Virus record (IMG/VR): IMGVR_UViG_3300044633_003049
Location: 124,001 to 188,000 of that record
DNA: 64,000 nt
Direction: 5' to 3' (one strand)
The notes beneath the pieces are model-generated. The model was not told the DNA's origin, made no database searches, and saw nothing but the letters and a program-made list of their open reading frames with translations. The position numbers and the translations under genes are program-made. Of the stretch, positions 41,745 to 51,391 are shown one piece after another. Within the stretch, counting starts at the first letter, position 1, and every line of letters begins with the position of its first letter.

Positions 41745-42725
41745 TTATAGATCACTTTCTTCTGTTACAACTTCTACGTCTGCGATGTCTGTAACATTAA
41801 CACCTAACATCTTACTGATGTAATCACCACTTTCTTTTTTATATTCCTCGATAGATTTCTTCTCTTCAGCGTCTTCTCTACCTGGCATAAATCCGTGTGA
41901 TGTAACCAAGATACGTCCATCCTCATATCCTAAACCATTGATGTGGTTTTTCATAATTGAGATTTTTGTTCTTGTTGCAATTTTAACTTTTCTCTTATCT
42001 TTAGTGATAGAGATTTTAGTTGTTCCCGCTCCTTTTTGATTACCAAATAAGAATACAATACTTGAGTTTAACCAAATTGCTTCACCGCCCTTTGCTTTAA
42101 TCTTTGGTTGTCCAAAAGGATTGTCAGGTAATTCTACCCAAGGTTGGTTTACAATGATTAACGTGTTTGTATAAGGTTTATCTGTTCTTCTTGAACCTGA
42201 GATACGTTGATTAATACCCATTCCAATTTTGTCAGCTAATACCGACGCATTGTGTTGTTTACCACCTTTACCATCATATGTCATCTTACATGGAACTGAA
42301 CCAACCGAATCCCAAAGAATTAATAAATCGTGAGGTAAATCACCTTTTTCTTGTGCATCTAATAGTTCATTTATATATTCTGTAATTTGCTCAATATACT
42401 CAAAATCACTATTAAAAAGGTAGTCTCCGTCTTTATTAAACCCCATTAATTCGGCGTGGTCCCAACTCCATTTTTGTTCTGTAATTACAAACACAGGAAC
42501 AACACCTTTCTTTTGTGCATCTACCGCTGCCTTTACAAGTGCTGTAGTTTTACCCGTATCACTATGTCCTAATAACATATTGATGTGTCCCATTGCAGGA
42601 CCTGGAATACCACAAGCATCCAAGAAAGCATCTCCCAAATCAAAGAAACGGTCTGGTTTATATTCGGCCTCTTTTGAGAATTTTTTTTTAATTGCTGAAA
42701 AATCTGTTTTTTTAATACCTGCCAT
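41745..42725 (-). CDS. recA: RecA/UvsX-like recombinase
   Basis: Walker A GHSDTGKT, LWDSVGS, IVNQ, KGGEA. Confidence 0.9.
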   Translation of the reverse strand: MAGIKKTDFSAIKKKFSKEAEYKPDRFFDLGDAFLDACGIPGPAMGHINMLLGHSDTGKTTALVKAAVDAQKKGVVPVFVITEQKWSWDHAELMGFNKDGDYLFNSDFEYIEQITEYINELLDAQEKGDLPHDLLILWDSVGSVPCKMTYDGKGGKQHNASVLADKIGMGINQRISGSRRTDKPYTNTLIIVNQPWVELPDNPFGQPKIKAKGGEAIWLNSSIVFLFGNQKGAGTTKISITKDKRKVKIATRTKISIMKNHINGLGYEDGRILVTSHGFMPGREDAEEKKSIEEYKKESGDYISKMLGVNVTDIADVEVVTEESDL

Positions 42726-42737
42726 GTTTTTGTTTTT

Positions 42738-42765
42738 AAAAATGGGGCGGATATTTCACCACCCC
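42738..42765 (-). terminator. Hairpin/terminator between the ssb and recA genes
   Basis: GGGGTGG-TGAAATAT-CCGCCCC-ATTTTT on the minus strand. Confidence 0.6.
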
Positions 42766-42774
42766 GTTAAATAA

Positions 42775-43617
42775 TTAGAACGGAAGATCTCCATCTACAT
42801 CCGCATCGTCTTGTGGGTCAACCACAGGAGTAGAAGATTTCGGTGCTCCGATAGTTTCTTCTGTTGTCAAATTAGAAACCCATTTGCTACTTGCGGTGTC
42901 CCAACGTGGAACCTCACCTCTTGCAACCATTTCCAAATAATCTTCACCCTTTTTAGAGTAAACATCAGACCAAGTTAATTCATCTTCTAACCACGTTTTT
43001 GCAACGTCAGCGTCAGTATGTAATGGACTTGGGTCATCATTTAATACTGAATTAATAACAGTGTACTCTTTTCCTGTACCTGCCTTTGTTAAGGTTAAAG
43101 ACAAGATTAAGTCACGACCTGTTTCAGAATTGGTAACATCACCTTTATTACGGAAGATTGGGAATACTTTGTCGATAACACCATCACCTTTATGGTTGTG
43201 TTTAAATCTCCAAAATTTAACTCCGTCAGATTCGTGGTCTCTATCTATAACTTTAACGATATAGAATTTACGAGAACGATATTGACGTGCGGCTTCTCTA
43301 TCAGCCTCAACACCCGTACCCATTAAAGCTTCATTAACCTCATTTAATGGTGAACGTTTTCCTTCTTGTTTTGGGTCATATAATTTAACCCATTTTCCAT
43401 CCACTTGAATTTCGTGGAAGTAAACCTCAACAAACGGAGAAGAACCGTCTTTTGTTGGTAAAATACGAATACGTCTTTCTTCACCCTTAGAACCCTTAGG
43501 TAATACGGTTGTGAAATAACGTTTCATTCTGTCCTCTGAGGACATTTTGTTGCTATTGCCACTTGTGGCGTTTTTGTTTTTCTCGTACTGTGCAAGTACT
43601 GCGTCAAATGTAGACAT
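42775..43617 (-). CDS. gp32-like single-stranded DNA-binding protein
   Basis: RIRILP, GRDL and acidic tail DDADVDGDLPF. Lies directly upstream of the recombinase. Confidence 0.8.
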   Translation of the reverse strand: MSTFDAVLAQYEKNKNATSGNSNKMSSEDRMKRYFTTVLPKGSKGEERRIRILPTKDGSSPFVEVYFHEIQVDGKWVKLYDPKQEGKRSPLNEVNEALMGTGVEADREAARQYRSRKFYIVKVIDRDHESDGVKFWRFKHNHKGDGVIDKVFPIFRNKGDVTNSETGRDLILSLTLTKAGTGKEYTVINSVLNDDPSPLHTDADVAKTWLEDELTWSDVYSKKGEDYLEMVARGEVPRWDTASSKWVSNLTTEETIGAPKSSTPVVDPQDDADVDGDLPF

Positions 43618-43655
43618 GTGATTTTGATTTAAATTTTAATAATCATTTATGATAT

Positions 43656-43693
43656 AATATACATAAAAAAACCCAGACTGTGAAATCTGGGTT
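43656..43693 (-). promoter_or_regulatory. Terminator hairpin overlapping a sigma70-like promoter for the replication operon
   Basis: AACCCAGA-TTTCACAG-TCTGGGTTTTTTT. The same bases give TTCACA-N17-TATATT (43684-43656). Confidence 0.55.
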
Positions 43694-43718
43694 GAATTAT
43701 TTTTAAAGTATTTTTTTA

Positions 43719-43946
43719 TTACCAACTAATCACATAATCGTTATTGGTACCCATAAAATTGTTCTTAGTCTGAATTTTATAACCATAATTTGTTAATGTG
43801 GTTACTATCGCGTCATTCACGTATCTTGGGTCTAAGGTAATTTGATATAGTCCTTGAGATGTTGCCCCTGATATTAAACCATCAATATAAGCTAACGACC
43901 CTGTTGATGTATTTGACGCTGTTCTAGCTGCTGATCCTGATTGCAT
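43719..43946 (-). CDS. Hypothetical 75-aa protein
   Basis: Plausible ORF packed between the Dps-like gene and the terminator. Confidence 0.65.
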   Translation of the reverse strand: MQSGSAARTASNTSTGSLAYIDGLISGATSQGLYQITLDPRYVNDAIVTTLTNYGYKIQTKNNFMGTNNDYVISW

Positions 43947-43966
43947 TTTTTAATATTTTTTAATTT

Positions 43967-44338
43967 TTATTCTAATGTTAATAGATATTGTAGTTTATTT
44001 ACTTCACCTAAGATTTCGTCCCTTATGTTCATAAGATTAGTATCTGTAGATTCAAATTCTTCTGTAAATTGAATTAAAGCGTCTTTAGTTGTTTTTAACA
44101 TTCCTTTAAGGTCAAGTTCCGCTAAGTTCTGTAAATTGATTGTTTTACTTTCATCATCTAAAACGAATCTACCGTATTTTCCCATTGACTCTTCAACAAA
44201 CCTATCAATTAAATCTCCTAATGCATCATATATTCCACCAAATGCATTATGTCTTGAGAACTCTTTAGTTTGCCAATGATTAATCCTGAATTGTACTTGA
44301 ACCTCCAAGAGGAACTTTACTTTAGTAGCTATATTCAT
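43967..44338 (-). CDS. Ferritin/Dps-like four-helix protein (DUF5856-like)
   Basis: HWQT...RHNAFGGIYDALGDLIDRFVEE...NIRDEI...YLLTL. Confidence 0.75.
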   Translation of the reverse strand: MNIATKVKFLLEVQVQFRINHWQTKEFSRHNAFGGIYDALGDLIDRFVEESMGKYGRFVLDDESKTINLQNLAELDLKGMLKTTKDALIQFTEEFESTDTNLMNIRDEILGEVNKLQYLLTLE

Positions 44339-44978
44339 CTTTCTCTTCTTCTGGGTTAAACGATGCCTTTATTGTTGGGTTATAATTTTCAACATCATCT
44401 TTAGTTAAAATGTATTCATTTTTTCCACTAGCTCTCATTTCACCTTGTTTGTGGTCAAAAAATTCTGCTGGTTTTTCATTAAATGGGTATGAATCTAAAG
44501 AACGCATTTCTAATTTCTCAACAGGAGTTTCAGGTTTGATTTGTTGAACCTCAACACCTAATTGGTCAATTTTAGCCATTACTTGATCCATTTGAGCAAG
44601 TTTTTGTTCTAACTCACCTAATTTACTAAACACATCATCCATTTTATTAACAATAGTACCGTGGTCTTGTTGTTTATTCTCTAAATCTCTCTTTATACTT
44701 TTAGTCATGTCAACTAAATCTGTAATATCAATTTCTTCCGTACTGTCCATTTCAGGTGATGGTGGAGTGTCCATAGACATATCAGCATCAGGTGTTGGTG
44801 GTAAATCCGTAGGAACGTCGCCAGCCGGTGGTGGAGGAGGAACATCCGTAGGTGCCGCAGCATCTGGTGCTGGTGGAACATCTGTAGGAGGTACGTCTTG
44901 CTCCATTATCATCGTTTTACCATATTTGTTAATGGCTTTGTAACGATTTAATTCTTCTTGTAGTTTTTGCTCTAACAT
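44322..44978 (-). CDS. Acidic Pro-rich coiled-coil protein (possible scaffold/internal head protein)
   Basis: P/D/A-rich disordered tract, EEIDITDLV, coiled coil, LEMRSLDSYPFN. Confidence 0.55.
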   Translation of the reverse strand: MLEQKLQEELNRYKAINKYGKTMIMEQDVPPTDVPPAPDAAAPTDVPPPPPAGDVPTDLPPTPDADMSMDTPPSPEMDSTEEIDITDLVDMTKSIKRDLENKQQDHGTIVNKMDDVFSKLGELEQKLAQMDQVMAKIDQLGVEVQQIKPETPVEKLEMRSLDSYPFNEKPAEFFDHKQGEMRASGKNEYILTKDDVENYNPTIKASFNPEEEKDEYSY

Positions 44979-44982
44979 AGTA

Positions 44983-45186
44983 TTAATCTTGTAATAATTG
45001 TCTACCGTCGTTTGTGACGTATTTTTTATTTATTCTTTCAACGATTCCGTCTTTTTCTCTGATTGTATAACATTCTCCAGTCATCAAATCACATTCTTCT
45101 CTTTCCATTCCGTCTTGAGAAACTCTCTTAACATTCTTTGGAGTTAAGAATTGATCTACCGTATTATTTAATTTATTATTTTCCAT
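44983..45186 (-). CDS. Hypothetical 67-aa protein with CxxxxxxC
   Basis: ECDLMTGECY. TATTTAT motif upstream. Confidence 0.7.
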   Translation of the reverse strand: MENNKLNNTVDQFLTPKNVKRVSQDGMEREECDLMTGECYTIREKDGIVERINKKYVTNDGRQLLQD

Positions 45187-45234
45187 AATATTTCTTTTAT
45201 TAATATAAATATCCTAAATATTGTTATTATTCAA

Positions 45235-48200
45235 TTATTTGTATAAAGGAAGGTCATCATCTCTAAAATACACCACGTCACCGTCTTTTAAACCTAATGC
45301 TATCATTAATTTTTTAGACAATGCAACGCCATAACCTGCAACTGATGGCCCAACACTAATCGGACCTGTTAGGTTATCAATACGCATTTCTGATTCACTA
45401 ATTGGGGGTACGGTTACCGTTTTTCCGTTTTCAGGGTTTTTAAATAACGTTGATGTAGATATGATTCTATTAGGTGTTATTTTATTAGATAAGAACTTTG
45501 TGGAATAGAATAATTTACTATTTGATACAGTTTTAACTGACTCCCATAGTAATGGTAATGGTTTTATTTTTAATGTATTAAGTTGGTTATTTCCGTATCT
45601 ATCGACACCATTTAATAAACTCATTTCTATTTTATCATCCAACGGATTTTTTGTACCTCCCATTTCAACCGCAATTGCTCTTAACCATATTCCACTATTA
45701 CTTACTTGTTGAATGTACTTCTCATCTTCAAATCCATTATATGGAATACCAAAACTACTAATACCTGTTTTATATATTAATGTTTCACCATTAATACTTT
45801 TACCTCCGTTATCAACAGTAACGGATCCGATATCTGTTTGTATTGATTTTTCGTTTTTATTAGAACCTATTAAACTATCAGCTTGTTTTACTTTAGCCAC
45901 CGCACTGTTTGTTATTTTATCAAAATAAACCCTATAACTTGAGAAGAACGAATCTTTAGGGTCAGGTAACGATGCGTATGGTATTCTTGTTCCTTTAAAT
46001 GAAGTACTGATTTTATTTCCTTGAATGCTATGTGATACTTCGGTAATCCAATATGAACCTCTAAACATTGGTACATTCTTTAAATAGAAAAACATTGTTG
46101 GTTGAATCATCACATTACCCATACATGAAACTTCACAGGTATATGAAGCTTGTCTATAAACATCAAATAAACCGATATCAACATTATATGTTGCACCACC
46201 ACTTTCAGAACGTCCCATATTTTCATATACGGCGAACGATTCACTTGTATTTCTAATTGAGTTTTGATCAAGTTTTACTCCTTTGAATATTCCTTGATTT
46301 TGGTCACCAATACTAACTTCAAATGCAACAACTTTATTAGATTTACTTAAATCTCCAGTTTTGAAAACTTCAGGTATGGTAATTGATAGGGGTCCACCTT
46401 GTCCATTAAATAAATTACCACTATCATTTTTAAATTTGTATTTTTCACTAATGTCAGATAATTCCAAATGTTTTGATGTTGGTCCCGTATATTGAAGAAC
46501 TATCTTTGGTGCGGATTCTTGGTAATCAACTTCTAAAAATGTTCCAAATATATTTTTAGCAACTTGTTTTGATGAAGTTACTTTAGATTTATTTGTAAAG
46601 TTAGTTCCGTTAAAGTTTACATATGCAGGTAATGCCCTCATATCAAATCCAGTTCCTGAAATTAACATACCAATAACACTATACAAATCTACGTTGTCAT
46701 TTTTAGGGTCTTCTAATGCTATAAGTTTATCTAATGAAATGTAAGCTTGACTACCAATATCTTTATTGGCTTTATCAATAAATAAAAACTCTTCCAATAG
46801 TCCTCTTTGACCTATGGAATTTCCAGACGACCATTTATCATTAAACGACTTAAAGTGATTGTATAATTCCAATTTACCTAATAAATCGTTATAACCATTT
46901 GTAATTGTTAATTTATTATTGGAAGTTCCTTTTGACACAAAATCAGGAGATTTAATTTTATCAATAATTTGTTGTAGATATATGTTAAATCTATATTCAA
47001 ATTCAGTTAATACATTATCCTTTATATATGTTTGGAATCCAATTTTAGTGGTGAATTTATCTCCATATCCACCAGCAAAAATTAAAATTAAAGGTCTAAA
47101 TAATTTGATATTATCTTCACTTAATATTATATTATTTGTGATAAAAAATTGTTTATATTTTAAATCTAAATCTTCACCGACATATATTTTAATGTAATCT
47201 TCGGTTCCAGGAATCCAATTACCATCAATATATTGACCTGAAGTATATTGTGATTGATTGTATTCATTATATGTAAACGTGTTACCTGTTGAAAATTTTG
47301 TAAATCCATCCCAAACATATAATTTAATTTCTTTAGGATTTCCTAATGTAATTTTAATTAAATTATCATTAGTTAAAATATCATTTGTAATTGTTTTTAG
47401 ATTATCTTCTTGTATTGTTCTAATTGAACTATACACGTCTTTTGTTGAGTCAATTTTAGTACTGTCAACAGTAACGATTGATTTTAAAAGATTTTGAAAA
47501 TTATCATATCTAATATAATGTCTATGTCCTGATGATGTTTCAATATAATCGGGGAATATTTTTCTTTCAACCTCAACATTTACTCTTTCAGATGCAAACT
47601 CTATAAAATACGTTTCAAATAAATCTAAAATATCAGGACTAAAGGTTCCAATTAAATCAATTACTTTTCTTTTATTTTCACTAACTGAATAATGATTATC
47701 TAAATTTCTATCATCAATATTTAAACTTCTATTATATTCGTATGGTGTGTTAAATGTTTTTCCACTAAAAGATTCACCATTTGTATTTTCATCTTCGTAC
47801 CAAACAACTCTGAAATTAGATTGTTCACCTTGATTAAAGTCGATAATATCAATTTCAATATTATTTATTAAATCAACATAAAAATCGTTATATGTATTTA
47901 GATATTCTTGTTTGTTAGACCCATCACAAGGTAATAATGTATAATAGGTACTACCAGTTAATATTTTAGAATTATCCACATATGATGTCCAATAATTTAT
48001 TCCATCATTTATTTTATTTGTTCTACTTCTACCAACATATGTGCTCCCACTTACTGAACTATAGAAACTATCTGTACTTCCCGTTGAAAAATTAAAATAA
48101 CTATACCCATTAACAACATTGTGAAATACATTGTCATAATATGGGTGTAACCCAATATTGGTTTTTCCACTATATGTTACAACATTTGTAATTTCTGAGT

Positions 48201-51078
48201 TAGTTGGATAAAATAGATTACCATTAAAATCAAAAAACGTACTTCCTACAATTGGAGTCGTTACTCCTGATAATATATCAACGTTATCTAAAATTTGTCT
48301 TTTATACCTATGATATAATGACCCCCATTTTAACATCAAATGATACGGAACGTAATGTGTTCCTCCAACTTCTTTAAACATTGAAGACATATTAACCGAA
48401 TTTCCACTAAATGTTAACGTATCTTCTAAATCTTTGAATGGTAATGAGTTCAATAACAAATATGCTGAACCAATATATTTTCCATTTGATGTTTGTATTA
48501 AAAAGTCATCATTCAATTGTTTATGGAAATAAGGGGTATTGAGTATGTTAATTTTTGAATCTCCTATTTCTAATTTTTGACTAAATAAATTTGTTGTGTA
48601 ATCACTTTTAACCCATGATTGGGGTTCTAATGGTGTACAAATAAATCCTGATTTTGTATCAATCTGAAATATATTTGTGAACTTCAAACTGTCATCAAAA
48701 GATGTTTTATTTAAATAACTTAAGTACTCGGTAGAATTAAATGGATAAATGTTTTTTCTATAATCTTCAATTTTATAATCTTCAAGTAATTTTTTTAAAC
48801 TACCAAATGAACTTGATTTATCCGTTTTAAACTCATTACCGTAAGATTGTTTTATTTCAAATGGTGTTTCTATAACATCTTTTATGTATTGTACCGTATC
48901 TAAATTGTCTAAATAATATGGGAACCTTTCCAATGGTGAAAATGATAAAAGATAATTTTTTAATATATCTATTGTGGACACTCCTTTAATTAAATTAATT
49001 AAATCATAATCTTCATTAAATGAAAATCTAATATTTTCAAATTCAATGTTAGCTAAATCTTGTAATGTTTTAGGGTTATTAAATGTATCAAATAATGTGG
49101 CGTTTTTTGCCCTCTCATATATCTCATAAAAAATATTTGATATTGATTTATCATTATATGGTAACCTAAAAGATAAATTTAATAAATTTGAGGTTGGTGT
49201 GTAATTTTTTTCATCAACATTAGATTCAAAAACAAAACTCACGTTACCTACACCTCCTTCTTTTTCGGCCAATGTGTCTAATCTTTTAGTGGATACTCCG
49301 ACATAGTTTTCAATAAAATCAATTTCAGGCCAAAGTGTTTTATTATCTGATCTTAATTTTTTCTGTAGGTCAGGGTCTCCAGGATATGCCAATACTTTTC
49401 TCTTATCTGAACCAGTTTGTTTTTTAATTTCGGGCCAAGGATATATGTTATCACCACCAGGCGCTTCGTCAACTAAACCATTTAAAATATTCTTTCTTTG
49501 TGCTGATACGTCAAAAGCTGACTTGTGTACGTCTTTCATTAAACGAATATAAACATCGGCGTTAGCCAAGATAACCGCAAAAATATTTCTAATTGTAGGG
49601 TCAAATCCAATACCTATACCATTATTTGGGTCTTTTATAATGGTATTCATTTTTTCTTCTACACTTTTTTGTAACTTATCTCTTTCTTTTACAAATGATG
49701 ATTGAATTTCGTATATGTCAGATAATATTAAATTTTTTGCAATAACATATTGTGATTCAAATGGTTTATAATATTGATTGATTTTTTTAATATTAGTAAT
49801 TAAATTAAATGTTTCTTTTTTGAAATCTACATTAATTGATTTAACACCATTTTTGTCCTTTTTTATTAAATCGTCGGTAAAGATTTGAATTTCTTTTAAC
49901 TCCTTTTGATAATTTATTATTAAGTATTCTAAAGTATTTGTACCTGTTCCTGTTATTTTTTCTAATGTATTTTTTTCTTTTGCTTGACCTTTTAATTTGA
50001 AATAAACTGTATCCGTGTCGGTAAAATTAACAACTTCATCTGTTAAATTAATATTAGACCATGCTGTAATTGAATTTTCAAAATCAATTATTTTTTTCTC
50101 AAACTCTTTAACTCCATTAAATAATTTAAAATCAACAACTTGGTCAAAAATAGTTCTTTCTAAAATTTTGTCTAAACTTTTAGCAATTGCAATAACTTCC
50201 CTAAGTGTTTTAACTGGAAAATCTTTTGGTAATAATCCTTTGGCCTTATATTCATCGTAAACGGTTTTAAGTATTGAATACCCTTTTGATGATTTTTTAA
50301 CTCTTTTCTCGTTTATACCAGTTTTATTATTAAATTTTATTTCACTATCACTTTCAATGTAATACATATACGGGGCGTTTAACATACCCGATAGTGGAAT
50401 ATCATTTAAATATGCATATGTTGAACCGACAAACGTACATGTTATATCAAAATTTCCATTTGATTCGTTATATCTAGATGTAAAATTTGTCATATGTAAA
50501 CGATATCTTATCGCCTTACCATAATAACCCTTAACCGTTAAATAATATATCGGCCACGGTAAATGAAAGAATGCTTTATATGGTGAATCTTTAGGTGATT
50601 CAAATAATGTTTTACCTCTAACATCAACAAAATTTATTGTGATTTGAGGGATAAAATTAGCACCTTTAATTGCAATGTTAATACTATCAATACCAAAAGA
50701 TTGTCCTGAAGAATCTGATTGTTCAAATTCACCAGTAAACTCTCCTGTTTTATTGTTTTTTACTTCTTCTGAATTTAAAAATGAATCTGTCCATGATGTA
50801 TCAAAATCCTGACCATTTTGATTTCTAAGGAAATTCAAAGTTCCTTTAGCAATTGAAGACAACGAACCAACTATGTTTTGTCCTCCTGACGCTGTTAATA
50901 TTGATCTTGGTACTAAGTCCGCCTCTAAATTAACGTACATCACAAAATTTTCAGGAATTACACCTCTAGTTTCAACGGTATTTCCGTTGACAATACTATT
51001 AGGGTCAATATATATTAGGTTATTTTCATCAACCTTAACTAATATATTTTCACTACCATTTAAATTATTGTTCGCCAT
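45235..51078 (-). CDS. Giant baseplate hub protein (gp27/VgrG/gpD-like ends with a very large insertion)
   Basis: N-terminal FGIDSINI...ITINFVDVRG and C-terminal YTCEVSCMGNVMIQP...GSYWITEVSHSI...TSFKGTR. Follows the LysM/gp53-like gene. Confidence 0.65.
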   Translation of the reverse strand: MANNNLNGSENILVKVDENNLIYIDPNSIVNGNTVETRGVIPENFVMYVNLEADLVPRSILTASGGQNIVGSLSSIAKGTLNFLRNQNGQDFDTSWTDSFLNSEEVKNNKTGEFTGEFEQSDSSGQSFGIDSINIAIKGANFIPQITINFVDVRGKTLFESPKDSPYKAFFHLPWPIYYLTVKGYYGKAIRYRLHMTNFTSRYNESNGNFDITCTFVGSTYAYLNDIPLSGMLNAPYMYYIESDSEIKFNNKTGINEKRVKKSSKGYSILKTVYDEYKAKGLLPKDFPVKTLREVIAIAKSLDKILERTIFDQVVDFKLFNGVKEFEKKIIDFENSITAWSNINLTDEVVNFTDTDTVYFKLKGQAKEKNTLEKITGTGTNTLEYLIINYQKELKEIQIFTDDLIKKDKNGVKSINVDFKKETFNLITNIKKINQYYKPFESQYVIAKNLILSDIYEIQSSFVKERDKLQKSVEEKMNTIIKDPNNGIGIGFDPTIRNIFAVILANADVYIRLMKDVHKSAFDVSAQRKNILNGLVDEAPGGDNIYPWPEIKKQTGSDKRKVLAYPGDPDLQKKLRSDNKTLWPEIDFIENYVGVSTKRLDTLAEKEGGVGNVSFVFESNVDEKNYTPTSNLLNLSFRLPYNDKSISNIFYEIYERAKNATLFDTFNNPKTLQDLANIEFENIRFSFNEDYDLINLIKGVSTIDILKNYLLSFSPLERFPYYLDNLDTVQYIKDVIETPFEIKQSYGNEFKTDKSSSFGSLKKLLEDYKIEDYRKNIYPFNSTEYLSYLNKTSFDDSLKFTNIFQIDTKSGFICTPLEPQSWVKSDYTTNLFSQKLEIGDSKINILNTPYFHKQLNDDFLIQTSNGKYIGSAYLLLNSLPFKDLEDTLTFSGNSVNMSSMFKEVGGTHYVPYHLMLKWGSLYHRYKRQILDNVDILSGVTTPIVGSTFFDFNGNLFYPTNSEITNVVTYSGKTNIGLHPYYDNVFHNVVNGYSYFNFSTGSTDSFYSSVSGSTYVGRSRTNKINDGINYWTSYVDNSKILTGSTYYTLLPCDGSNKQEYLNTYNDFYVDLINNIEIDIIDFNQGEQSNFRVVWYEDENTNGESFSGKTFNTPYEYNRSLNIDDRNLDNHYSVSENKRKVIDLIGTFSPDILDLFETYFIEFASERVNVEVERKIFPDYIETSSGHRHYIRYDNFQNLLKSIVTVDSTKIDSTKDVYSSIRTIQEDNLKTITNDILTNDNLIKITLGNPKEIKLYVWDGFTKFSTGNTFTYNEYNQSQYTSGQYIDGNWIPGTEDYIKIYVGEDLDLKYKQFFITNNIILSEDNIKLFRPLILIFAGGYGDKFTTKIGFQTYIKDNVLTEFEYRFNIYLQQIIDKIKSPDFVSKGTSNNKLTITNGYNDLLGKLELYNHFKSFNDKWSSGNSIGQRGLLEEFLFIDKANKDIGSQAYISLDKLIALEDPKNDNVDLYSVIGMLISGTGFDMRALPAYVNFNGTNFTNKSKVTSSKQVAKNIFGTFLEVDYQESAPKIVLQYTGPTSKHLELSDISEKYKFKNDSGNLFNGQGGPLSITIPEVFKTGDLSKSNKVVAFEVSIGDQNQGIFKGVKLDQNSIRNTSESFAVYENMGRSESGGATYNVDIGLFDVYRQASYTCEVSCMGNVMIQPTMFFYLKNVPMFRGSYWITEVSHSIQGNKISTSFKGTRIPYASLPDPKDSFFSSYRVYFDKITNSAVAKVKQADSLIGSNKNEKSIQTDIGSVTVDNGGKSINGETLIYKTGISSFGIPYNGFEDEKYIQQVSNSGIWLRAIAVEMGGTKNPLDDKIEMSLLNGVDRYGNNQLNTLKIKPLPLLWESVKTVSNSKLFYSTKFLSNKITPNRIISTSTLFKNPENGKTVTVPPISESEMRIDNLTGPISVGPSVAGYGVALSKKLMIALGLKDGDVVYFRDDDLPLYK

Positions 51079-51391
51079 AATATAAGTTATACAATTCTAC
51101 GCCGTTTTTATAATCTTGTAAAGAGGTTACCAAAGGAAACGGTACCCTTATATAAGAATTATCTGGTATTTCAAATTCAATACTACCCACGGATGGGTTT
51201 GCTGATAATATTAACCAACCAAACATTGGTGAGTTGTAATATTCTTGTGATAAAATATCTAATCTATGTTTTCCTTTTTTATATTGGAAAAATTTATCTG
51301 TTGATTTAATTGGTATTTCTATTCCAGGGACAATTCTAAATTTTCCGTCGGTAATATAATCTTGGTATCTATTGTAATAATTTCTACTCAT
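51065..51391 (-). CDS. LysM/gp53/P2 gpX-like baseplate protein
   Basis: RLDILSQEYYNSPMFGWLILSANP...IPDNSYIRVP. Confidence 0.8.
   Translation of the reverse strand: MSRNYYNRYQDYITDGKFRIVPGIEIPIKSTDKFFQYKKGKHRLDILSQEYYNSPMFGWLILSANPSVGSIEFEIPDNSYIRVPFPLVTSLQDYKNGVELYNLYYGEQ

Noticed and set aside
36563-42725. Inteins or introns in NrdJ, helicase or RecA
   Set aside because: Lengths are normal and no splicing or homing-endonuclease motifs are visible.
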